Origin: Rhodothermales bacterium
GTDB taxonomy: Bacteria > Bacteroidota > Rhodothermia > Rhodothermales > VXPQ01
Direction: 5' to 3'
Assembly (NCBI GenBank): GCA_040904565.1
Contig: JBBDTI010000022.1
Span: 29,973 to 48,490 of the forward strand
DNA: 18,518 nucleotides
Made by a program: the position numbers and the translations under genes. The number at the start of each line of letters is the position of its first letter. Position 1 is the first letter of the stretch. Positions 1-7,769 of the stretch are shown here, one piece after another. Below the pieces are notes generated by a model. The model was not told the DNA's origin, did not search any database, and saw nothing but the letters and a program-made list of their open reading frames with translations.

Positions 1-21
1 CCCACCGGGAAAAAGCCCGCG

Positions 22-1056
22 ATGCCTCCCGGTGTCGGCGGGGACGGTGCACCGTCCGAACTCACACGCAAGGATTTCTCGTCGGATCAGGACGTGCGCT
101 GGTGCCCGGGCTGCGGCGACTACGCCATTCTAGCCAGCGTGCAGCGCCTCATGCCCGAACTGGGCATTCCGAAGGAAAACAGCGTCTTTATCAGCGGTAT
201 CGGATGCTCGAGCCGATTCCCGTATTACATGAACACGTACGGACTCCACTCCATTCACGGCCGCGCCCCGGCGATTGCGACCGGACTCAAAGCGAGCCGG
301 CCGGAATTGGACGTGTGGATCATCACGGGTGACGGGGATTCGCTGTCGATCGGCGGAAACCACCTCATCCACCTGATGCGGCGCAACGTGAACGTCCAGC
401 TGCTGCTGTTCAACAATCAGATCTACGGCCTGACGAAAGGACAGTACAGTCCGACCTCCGAGATCGGCAAGATCACGAAGAGCACGCCGTACGGGTCCAT
501 CGACCATCCGTTCAATCCGGTCACGCTCGCCCTCGGCGCCGACGCGTCGTTCGTGGCGCGTACGATGGACCGAGACCCGAAGCACCTCCAGGAAATGATG
601 CGACGCGGCCACGCACACAGGGGCTCGGCGTTCATCGAGATCTATCAGAACTGCAATATCTTCAACGACGGGGCCTTCTTCGAGTACACCGAGAAGGCAA
701 CGAAGGCGAAGAGCACCGTCTTTCTGGAGCACGGTAAGCCGCTCGTGTACGACAAGGGGAAGCGCGGTCTGCGGCTGGACGGCTTCAAGATCAAGCCGAT
801 CGATCTGGAAACGGACAAATGGTCCGTAGACGACTGCCTCGTCTACGACGAAACAAGCGTGGAGCTGGCCAATATCGCCGGACGCATGTTCTGGCAGGAC
901 GACCTTCCGCGACCGTTCGGCGTCTTCTACAAGGAAGATCGCGCCACGTACGACGACCTGCTCAAAACGCAAATCGAAGGCGTTACGGAGAAACGAGGCC
1001 GCGGCGACCTGGACGCACTGCTCCACGCCGGCGATACGTGGACGATCGGCGACTAG
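22..1056 (+). CDS. korB: 2-oxoacid:ferredoxin oxidoreductase subunit beta (TPP-binding). The frame is open to position 1, so the true start may lie upstream of the window.
   Basis: WCPGCG, SGIGCS and HGRA motifs, plus the TPP-binding GDGD-x(n)-NN motif (GDGDSLSIGGNH...LFNNQIYGLTKGQ). Codons 1-21 (PTGKKPA) are in frame without a stop. Confidence 0.93.
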   Translation: MPPGVGGDGAPSELTRKDFSSDQDVRWCPGCGDYAILASVQRLMPELGIPKENSVFISGIGCSSRFPYYMNTYGLHSIHGRAPAIATGLKASRPELDVWIITGDGDSLSIGGNHLIHLMRRNVNVQLLLFNNQIYGLTKGQYSPTSEIGKITKSTPYGSIDHPFNPVTLALGADASFVARTMDRDPKHLQEMMRRGHAHRGSAFIEIYQNCNIFNDGAFFEYTEKATKAKSTVFLEHGKPLVYDKGKRGLRLDGFKIKPIDLETDKWSVDDCLVYDETSVELANIAGRMFWQDDLPRPFGVFYKEDRATYDDLLKTQIEGVTEKRGRGDLDALLHAGDTWTIGD

Positions 1057-1062
1057 CGGCTC

Positions 1063-2304
1063 CTACGGATTCCACGTCCCCTGGGCAACCGCCGGCACGA
1101 AATCCTCTACCGCTTCGGGATCCCAGCGCAGCGTCCGCTCTTCCTCGGCGCTCTTATACAGGGTCATCAGCAGCTGAACGACCTCCAGGCCGGCGTTGAA
1201 GTCGACGTCGGACTGCTTTCCGTCCAGGAACTGCTGTACGAAGTATCGATTCTCGTTCTCGTAACCGTACTCGGACGCTTCGTTGCCGACGACGGGCATG
1301 AGTCCCTGCTCGGCATTCTGCTTCTCGACCAGGTCCTCCCCCTGCTCTCCCTTCACCTCGCGGCTGAAGAACAGCTTGGTGCCGGATTCGAGCGAGTTCT
1401 TGAACATCGAGTATTCCGGCCCCAGCAGTTCGGAACTGAGCCGGAGTCCCGCTCCGACGAAGCTCCATGACGTGGTCACTTCGGAAAGCAGCGTGTTGCC
1501 GTCCGCATCCTCATATTCGATCGTCGCGCTGGCGAAATCCTCCGACGGCCGCTTCGAGTAATCCACCTCGCTGCCGAAACGCTCCTTCAGGTCCTTCACG
1601 TAGTGTGGACGCGACCATTTCAGGCTTGCGATGTGACCGGTGACTTTTTTCAGCCGGATGCTGTCGCGCGGTGCCCCCGGCTCCGTGAGCAGCAGACGTC
1701 CGACCTCGACGCTGTGACACATCATGTCATTGAGTACGCCGCCGCCCTGCAGGTGGCCCTGCCAGAACCAGGGGGCGTGTGGACCGCTGTGCTCTTCCGC
1801 GGCACGTGCCAGGTACGGACGCCCCGTGATCGCCGCCGCGCGGCTCCACACGATGTCGCGTCCGCGAACGAGCCCCGGCTCGAAAAGCTGATCCTCGAGA
1901 TATCCGTGCAGGACCCCGGCTTCCTCGACCAGCTCGAGGACGCGGCGCGCCTCCTTGACGTTGCGCGCGAGCGGCTTCTCACAGGCGATCCCGACAAGCT
2001 CTCCCTTGCCCGACTTGAGGGCGTGGACGATCTCCTCCATGTTCTCGATCCGCTTGTGATTCGGACCGCAGATCCAGAGCGCATCGATGTTCGGATCGGC
2101 GACCATATCCGTGATCGAGTCGTACGCCTTCGCCTCCCCAACGCGCAGGTCACGCGCATATCCGGCCGTATCCTCCGCGTGCGAGCGGTTCGGACTCCAG
2201 ATTCCCAGCACGTCCGCGTCGCGGACCGCCTGCCAGGACAGGAGGTGGAACCGTGTGATGAACCCGCTTCCGATGAAGCCCACTCCAAGTCGCCGTCTAG
2301 CCAT
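1063..2304 (-). CDS. Gfo/Idh/MocA family NAD(P)-dependent oxidoreductase, substrate unknown
   Basis: N-terminal Rossmann motif VGFIGSGFI, ACEKPLA (EKP motif) and GGGVLNDMMCH (D-x3-H catalytic pattern). Confidence 0.88.
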   Translation of the reverse strand: MARRRLGVGFIGSGFITRFHLLSWQAVRDADVLGIWSPNRSHAEDTAGYARDLRVGEAKAYDSITDMVADPNIDALWICGPNHKRIENMEEIVHALKSGKGELVGIACEKPLARNVKEARRVLELVEEAGVLHGYLEDQLFEPGLVRGRDIVWSRAAAITGRPYLARAAEEHSGPHAPWFWQGHLQGGGVLNDMMCHSVEVGRLLLTEPGAPRDSIRLKKVTGHIASLKWSRPHYVKDLKERFGSEVDYSKRPSEDFASATIEYEDADGNTLLSEVTTSWSFVGAGLRLSSELLGPEYSMFKNSLESGTKLFFSREVKGEQGEDLVEKQNAEQGLMPVVGNEASEYGYENENRYFVQQFLDGKQSDVDFNAGLEVVQLLMTLYKSAEEERTLRWDPEAVEDFVPAVAQGTWNP

Positions 2305-2373
2305 TCGTCCCTTATTCTGTTTGGTGATCTATTTCAGCGCCGTTCCCAAGGTATGAAAATCACGGATTCATTC

Positions 2374-3132
2374 TCAGTCGGACATCTCCGCCGCGGACGC
2401 ACAAAGAATATTTTCGGCGGCACGCACGCTCCGCAGGTAGAAGGCGGCGCGAAGCGCGGCACGTTCGTCGGACGTGAGGTCGCCGTGGCGCCCCAGCCGG
2501 GCCTTGCGGTCCCGATACGCGTGATAGAGCGTCACGGCGGCCGCGACAGAGATGTTGAAACTCTGGACGAACCCCACCATCGGAACGATCGCGCGCTCGT
2601 CGGCCAGGCTGACCATTTCCGCACTGACGCCATCGCGTTCGTTACCGAAGACGACGGCCGTAGGCTCCGAAAAATCGACGGAGTCGATGGACACGGACGA
2701 GTCGTCGAGATGCGTTGCGACGATACGGTAGCCTTCGTCGTGCAGGTACGCGACGCAGTCACCCGGCGTCGCCCATCGGTACACGTCGAGCCATTTCTCC
2801 GCACCTTGCGACGTGCGACGCGAATTCTTGAACGTCGCCCCTCCCGTAATGACGTGGAACGGCTGGCATCCGAGCGCTTCGGCACTGCGCATCACGGCGC
2901 TCACGTTCCCCATATTTACGAGTCCCTCAACGACCGTTGCCAAACGATGAGTGCGTCCATCAAGCACTTCGTCGATCCGGGCCGCACGCTCGTCGGTCAG
3001 ATAGGGGGCCAGCCGGTCGACGATCTCCTCCGGCGAAAACGAACGGTCTCCGAACGTGAAGCGATGCGCGTCCAGCGGCGAATACGAACTCGCTCCCAGC
3101 AGGCGACGTCTTTTTTCCGTAACGGAATCCAT
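2374..3132 (-). CDS. trmH: TrmH/SpoU family RNA 2'-O-methyltransferase, probably tRNA Gm18 methyltransferase
   Basis: SPOUT motifs: NMGNVSAVMRSAEALG, VFGNERDGVS and VPMVGFVQSFNISVAAAV. The C-terminal GDLTSDER extension is TrmH-like. The start codon is uncertain. Confidence 0.85.
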   Translation of the reverse strand: MDSVTEKRRRLLGASSYSPLDAHRFTFGDRSFSPEEIVDRLAPYLTDERAARIDEVLDGRTHRLATVVEGLVNMGNVSAVMRSAEALGCQPFHVITGGATFKNSRRTSQGAEKWLDVYRWATPGDCVAYLHDEGYRIVATHLDDSSVSIDSVDFSEPTAVVFGNERDGVSAEMVSLADERAIVPMVGFVQSFNISVAAAVTLYHAYRDRKARLGRHGDLTSDERAALRAAFYLRSVRAAENILCASAAEMSD

Positions 3133-3251
3133 AGAACCGATTTGTAATGCAACACGGCGTTCTTAACCATGTAACTGTACACTGCAATTATGTTCGCTTC
3201 CCTACAAGGTGGAGCGCTCGAAACGTACTGTCAACAACGCCACTCTCTCTG

Positions 3252-3968
3252 ATGGATCTCACCAACAAAGTCGCCGTCGTAACCGGAGCCAGCAGCGGCA
3301 TCGGACGCGCATTCTCGTCGTACCTGGCCGACCGCGGAGCCCGCGTCTACGGCTTCGCTCGCGGCCGCGAGCGTTTGAATGAAGCTGCCGCCGAAATCGG
3401 TGACGCCTTTCACGCCATACAGTGCGACGTACGAGACGAAGAGGCCGTCAAAGCGGCCTTCGCCGAGATCGTCGACGATGCGGGTCGGCTGGACGTGCTC
3501 ATCAACAATGCGGGCCTGGGGATCTTCGGACCCGTTGACGAGATGTCGACGGCAGACTGGGAGCAGCAGATCGATACGAACGTCACCGGCGTCTTCTTGT
3601 GCACGCGCGCGGCCGTCCCCCACATGAAGCGACAGAATGCCGAATCAGGATTCGGCGGGTACATCATCAACATCGCATCGATCGCCGGTCGTATCGGCAA
3701 TCCCAACCTGAGCGCATACAACGCCAGCAAGTTTGCCGTACGCGGCTTCACCGAGTCGACGATGCTCGAACTCCGCGGCGACGGCATCAAAGTCACCGGC
3801 GTCTACCCGGGCTCGATCAAGACCGATTTCAGCGGCGACTCCGGCGGCGGCACCACGAATCCGATGACGGTGGACGACATCGCCGGGACGATCGTCCACC
3901 TGCTCGAGACGGACGACAACTATCTCATCTCCGAAGTCGTGATGCGACCGCTGCGACCGAAGGGGTAG
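3252..3968 (+). CDS. Classical short-chain dehydrogenase/reductase, probably NADP(H)-preferring
   Basis: TGASSGIG, NNAG, NIAS and YNASK (YxxxK) motifs, with a basic residue after beta2 (FARGR). Start moved from 3147 to ATG 3252 (MDLTNKVAVVTG), the typical SDR N-terminus. The upstream part is AT-rich and looks intergenic. Confidence 0.9.
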   Translation: MDLTNKVAVVTGASSGIGRAFSSYLADRGARVYGFARGRERLNEAAAEIGDAFHAIQCDVRDEEAVKAAFAEIVDDAGRLDVLINNAGLGIFGPVDEMSTADWEQQIDTNVTGVFLCTRAAVPHMKRQNAESGFGGYIINIASIAGRIGNPNLSAYNASKFAVRGFTESTMLELRGDGIKVTGVYPGSIKTDFSGDSGGGTTNPMTVDDIAGTIVHLLETDDNYLISEVVMRPLRPKG

Positions 3969-3992
3969 GTGACACCTCCCATCCTTCCGACC

Positions 3993-4787
3993 CTATGCGT
4001 TGTCAATCCTTTCCGTGAAGTCAGCCGGAATGTCGGCCGTCTTTCGTGCCGCCAGTGCGAAGTAGAACAGCGGCTCGCCCTCCATCGACAGCCGGTGGCG
4101 ATATTTTTCCATGTGATGGATGTCCAGGTATTCGGAAAAGATCAGTTCGCGGATGAACGTCGAGAACCCCGACGTATCGCTGCGATCCAGAAACGTGTCC
4201 TTGATGTTGAAGGCGACCCATCCACCGATCTCGACGAACGAAAGAGCCTGTGAGAAGGCTTTGAGCGGAATGTCGCCGAAGCCGAGAGCAGCCACGGCCG
4301 TCAGGCAGTTGATCGACCAGCTGCCGATCTCCTCCTTCGTATCCGCATCCAGATGCGTAAAGTCCGCCACGTAAAACTGATCGTACACGTCCGGCCGATC
4401 GCGGATGGCGGCATCCTTGGCCTCCGGAATGATGTCGGCCCCCACGAGGCGTGAGACGCCAAGGCCCTTCAGCACCGCACCCATCGCACCGTTGCCGGCG
4501 CCCAGATCCAGGACGCGTAGCTCGGTGATCGGCCGGTTGACGGCCTCGAGCGTCTGATCGAGAATTTCGCCGACCTTTCTGGGAGACGAGCATTTGAGTC
4601 GTTCGTAAACCACTTGCTCGTAGAGCCCCGGGCGCAGGTATATCTGGTCGTAATCGTGTAGACGCAGCTTCAGTTTCCGATCCCCTTCAATCAGGTAGAA
4701 GTAGGCCTCATCCTGATCGTGATCTTGCAATCCGACACGGGGAAACTGAATCCGATATCTAGTCTGCATCAATACTGTCTTTTGCAT
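3993..4787 (-). CDS. Class I SAM-dependent methyltransferase with an uncharacterised N-terminal extension
   Basis: Motif I VLDLGAGNG, acidic motif II LVGADII and YVADF. The start is probably ATG 4787 or ATG 4769 rather than 4946, because a minus-strand TATACT lies at 4809-4814. Confidence 0.8.
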   Translation of the reverse strand: MQKTVLMQTRYRIQFPRVGLQDHDQDEAYFYLIEGDRKLKLRLHDYDQIYLRPGLYEQVVYERLKCSSPRKVGEILDQTLEAVNRPITELRVLDLGAGNGAMGAVLKGLGVSRLVGADIIPEAKDAAIRDRPDVYDQFYVADFTHLDADTKEEIGSWSINCLTAVAALGFGDIPLKAFSQALSFVEIGGWVAFNIKDTFLDRSDTSGFSTFIRELIFSEYLDIHHMEKYRHRLSMEGEPLFYFALAARKTADIPADFTERIDNA

Positions 4788-4808
4788 GAGTACGTCTCGC
4801 GATACGGT

Positions 4809-4840
4809 AGTATACAGGCTAGTCCGTTCGGTGTTGTCAA
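4809..4840 (-). promoter_or_regulatory. Putative sigma70-type promoter of the methyltransferase gene (TTGACA-N20-TATACT)
   Basis: Minus-strand TTGACA at 4840-4835 and TATACT at 4814-4809, 21 nt before ATG 4787. The 20-nt spacer is longer than canonical. Confidence 0.4.
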
Positions 4841-4887
4841 TCAGATTGGACCCCGATCGGCCTTTCGACGGCCCCGGCGTATTGGGA

Positions 4888-4917
4888 TTGCGCCGCTGCG
4901 ACGCCGCCGTGTATACT
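4888..4917 (+). promoter_or_regulatory. Putative sigma70-type promoter of the dctP1-dctP2-LOG unit (TTGCGC-N18-TATACT)
   Basis: TTGCGC at 4888-4893 and TATACT at 4912-4917, about 40 nt upstream of GTG 4959. Confidence 0.45.
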
Positions 4918-4958
4918 GAGGACACGTCCACCCCTCCGGCAATCAATCCGATGCGATC

Positions 4959-6071
4959 GTGAAACGCCGCACTTTCATTACGTCGACTGCCGCCGCGGCC
5001 GCCGGATCAGCCCTGGCCGGCTGTGGAACGGACGAAGCGGAAGGGCCCGGCGTACAGACCCGGCCCAGCGTCCGATGGCGCATCGTCTCCAGCTACCCGC
5101 GATCCCTCGACACGCTCTACGGCGTGTCGGAAGGCATCGGCCGCCGCGTCGAGGCCTTGACGGACGGACGGTTTCAAATTCGAGCCTATCCGGCCGGCGA
5201 GCTCGTCCCGGGAACGCAGGTGCTGGGTGCCGTGCAGACGGGCACGGTGGAGATGGGGCATACGGCAGGCTACTATTACGTCGGAAGCAACCCTGCCCTG
5301 GCTTTCGACACATGCGTCCCGTTCGGTTTGACGGCGCGCCAGCAGACGGCCTGGATGCGGCATGGCGGCGGCCTCGAACTGATGCGTGAAATCTACGCTG
5401 ATTTCGGCGTCATCAATTTCCTGGGCGGCAATACGGGCGCTCAGATGGGCGGCTGGTTCCGCCGGCCGGTGGGGTCCCTTTCGGAACTCCGCGGCCTCAA
5501 GATGCGCATACCCGGTCTCGGGGGAGAGGTGATGAGCGAGCTCGGCGTCACCGTACAGCTTATGGCCGGCGGCGAGATCTACCAGGCGCTCGAGCGGGGC
5601 GCGATCGACGCGACCGAATGGGTCGGACCGTACGACGACGTGAAGCTTGGATTTCACGAAATTGCGTCCCACTACTATTACCCGGGCTGGTGGGAGCCGG
5701 GCCCCAACGTCTCGCTGCTGGTCAACCGGCAGGCATGGGATCGCCTTCCTGCGGCATATCAGAATGCCCTCGAAGCGGCTGCGGCGGACGTGAGCATGCA
5801 TATGCTCGCTCAATACGACGCCCGCAATCAACAGGCGCTCCAGGACGTGCTGGATGCCGGCGTCGAGCTCGTGGAATTTCCACAGGACATGATGCAGGAA
5901 GCCCGGCGCATATCGACCAATCTGCTCGAGCAGAATGCCGCAGGCGATGCAACGTACCGCCGCGTCTACGATTCATTCCTAAGGTTCCGCGAAGACGCCT
6001 TCCGCTGGTTCGGTACGGCAGAGCACGACTACGCGCGGTTCGCCTTTCCCCGAATGTCGTCGATATCGTAG
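4959..6071 (+). CDS. dctP: TRAP transporter solute-binding protein, TakP-like (2-keto acid/monocarboxylate-binding type), predicted Tat-exported lipoprotein
   Basis: KRRTFI twin-arginine motif, Ala-rich h-region and LAGC lipobox (Cys22). Family motifs: YY, GNTGAQMGGWF, KMRIPG, ALERGAIDATEWVGPYDD and YPGWWE. GTG start. Confidence 0.92.
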   Translation: MKRRTFITSTAAAAAGSALAGCGTDEAEGPGVQTRPSVRWRIVSSYPRSLDTLYGVSEGIGRRVEALTDGRFQIRAYPAGELVPGTQVLGAVQTGTVEMGHTAGYYYVGSNPALAFDTCVPFGLTARQQTAWMRHGGGLELMREIYADFGVINFLGGNTGAQMGGWFRRPVGSLSELRGLKMRIPGLGGEVMSELGVTVQLMAGGEIYQALERGAIDATEWVGPYDDVKLGFHEIASHYYYPGWWEPGPNVSLLVNRQAWDRLPAAYQNALEAAAADVSMHMLAQYDARNQQALQDVLDAGVELVEFPQDMMQEARRISTNLLEQNAAGDATYRRVYDSFLRFREDAFRWFGTAEHDYARFAFPRMSSIS

Positions 6072-6110
6072 AACGCCTCCCGACTCCGGATCCATCGTTC
6101 CGAGAATACC

Positions 6111-7172
6111 ATGAAACGACGCCAATTCCTGCTCGCAGGCGCTCCGTTTATCCAGACGTCGCAGCGCGTCACGTGGCGCCTTGCCTCGAGCTTTCCCAAT
6201 TCGCTCGATACCATCTTCGGTGCCGCCGAGGTGCTGGCCCAACACGTCGATGCCCTCACGGAGGGACGCTTCCGGATCCGGCCGTATTCGGCCGGCGAGC
6301 TCGTGCCGGCGTTCGAGGTGCTCGGCGCCGTGCAGAACGGCACCGTGCAGATGGGCCACGGCGCCAGCTACTACTTCCAGGGGCGCAATCCCGCGCTCAT
6401 TTTCGACTGCACCGTCCCCTTCGGGCTGACGGCGCGCCAGCTCAACGCATGGCTGTATTACGGCGGCGGACTCGAACTGACGCGCGAGATGTTTGCCGAT
6501 TTCAACGTCATCAATTTCCCCGGCGGCAATACGGGCACGCAGATGGGCGGATGGTTCCGCCGAAACATTAACTCGCTGCAGGATCTTCGCGGCCTGAAAA
6601 TGCGGATTCCCGGCCTCGGCGGCCAGGTGATGGACCGCCTCGGCGTCACCGTTCAGGTTATTCCAGGCGGGGAGATCTATCCGGCCCTCGAGCGCGGCGC
6701 TATCGACGCCACGGAATGGGTCGGGCCGTACGACGATGAGAAGCTCGGCTTTCAGGAGATCGTGAAGGACTATTACTATCCGGGCTGGTGGGAACCGGGT
6801 CCGGGGCTGTCGTTCTACGTGAATCGCACGGCATGGGATGCCCTGCCGTCCGCGTACCAGGACGCCTTCGAGATCGCCGCCGGCGTGGCCCACGAAAACA
6901 TGCTGGCACTCTACGACGCGCGCAATGCGCCGGCACTGGAGCGCCTCCTAGAGGAGGGCGTCCGCCTCCATGCTTTTCCCGATGACGTGATGGTGGCTGC
7001 CCGGGAAACGACCAGGGAGCTCATGGAAGAAGCGGCCGCCGGAGATCCGGGCTACCGCAAGATCTACGACGCGTATACGGCGTGGCGCGACGAGGCGTAT
7101 CGCTGGTTCGGAACGGCCGAGCTCGCCTATTCAGAGGTGGCCTATCCGGCATCTCCTGGAGAGCGCGCGTGA
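6111..7172 (+). CDS. dctP: Second TakP-like TRAP solute-binding protein paralog with a truncated signal peptide
   Basis: Same motifs as the upstream paralog (WRLASSFP, GNTGTQMGGWF, KMRIPG, EWVGPYDD, YPGWWE). The N-terminus MKRRQFLLAGAPFIQT lacks a full h-region and a lipobox Cys. Confidence 0.9.
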   Translation: MKRRQFLLAGAPFIQTSQRVTWRLASSFPNSLDTIFGAAEVLAQHVDALTEGRFRIRPYSAGELVPAFEVLGAVQNGTVQMGHGASYYFQGRNPALIFDCTVPFGLTARQLNAWLYYGGGLELTREMFADFNVINFPGGNTGTQMGGWFRRNINSLQDLRGLKMRIPGLGGQVMDRLGVTVQVIPGGEIYPALERGAIDATEWVGPYDDEKLGFQEIVKDYYYPGWWEPGPGLSFYVNRTAWDALPSAYQDAFEIAAGVAHENMLALYDARNAPALERLLEEGVRLHAFPDDVMVAARETTRELMEEAAAGDPGYRKIYDAYTAWRDEAYRWFGTAELAYSEVAYPASPGERA

Positions 7173-7205
7173 GCGACGAGCCATCACCCGCATGATCCAT
7201 CCTGT

Positions 7206-7754
7206 ATGAACCGGCACGTCACCGTCTACTGCGCATCGAGCGGCGCCATCCGACCATCGTTCTTCGAGGCGGCCGACGAGATGGGCCGTCTGCTCGCGCG
7301 CCGCGGCTATACGCTGGTGTTCGGAGGCGGACAGGTCGGACTCATGGGAGAAATCGCCCGGGCGGTACATGACGAGGGAGGCTCGGTTCTCGGCGTCATC
7401 CCGGAGGCGCTGAAGGAGCGCGAAGGCATCGCCTACGACGTGGCCGACGAACTGATCATTACCCGCACGATGCAGGAGCGAAAACGCATCCTGTTCACCC
7501 GGGCGGACGGATTCATCGTGCTGCCGGGTGGCTTCGGCACGCTGGAGGAGTTCATGGAGGTGTTGACGCTCAAACAACTCGGCTATCACGACAAGCCCAT
7601 CGTCGTCGTCAACACGGACGGGTATTTCGAGCCCCTGCTCTCCTGCTTCGAATACATGTTCGAGGAAGGCTTCGCCCACGAGCGGTACCGCTCCCTCTAC
7701 CATGTAGCGGCCGAGCCGAGCGACGCGATTTCCCATCTCGAAGCAGCCGGGTAA
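7206..7754 (+). CDS. LOG family (TIGR00730-type) nucleoside monophosphate phosphoribohydrolase
   Basis: VYCASS, FGGGQVGLMG, TMQERK (catalytic Arg) and LPGGFGTLEE (PGGxGTxxE signature). Confidence 0.92.
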   Translation: MNRHVTVYCASSGAIRPSFFEAADEMGRLLARRGYTLVFGGGQVGLMGEIARAVHDEGGSVLGVIPEALKEREGIAYDVADELIITRTMQERKRILFTRADGFIVLPGGFGTLEEFMEVLTLKQLGYHDKPIVVVNTDGYFEPLLSCFEYMFEEGFAHERYRSLYHVAAEPSDAISHLEAAG

Positions 7755-7769
7755 GGCCGGCCGTCTCTA

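Noticed and set aside
130-1026. Long antisense ORFs (also 5007-5831, 5979-6893, 9926-10951, 13450-14178, 15990-16988, 17799-18494)
   Set aside because: Each mirrors a well-supported gene on the other strand and has no recognisable motifs. They are explained by codon bias.
1603-3147. 514-aa plus-strand ORF spanning the Gfo/Idh/MocA and trmH genes
   Set aside because: Antisense shadow of two motif-supported genes. It is Arg/His/Asp-rich with no domain motifs, which is common in high-GC DNA.
3147-3251. N-terminal extensions given by the ORF track for the SDR (also methyltransferase 4788-4946 and lysAC 14190-14270)
   Set aside because: They cover AT-rich divergent promoter regions and precede the family-typical N-termini, so downstream ATGs are more plausible starts.
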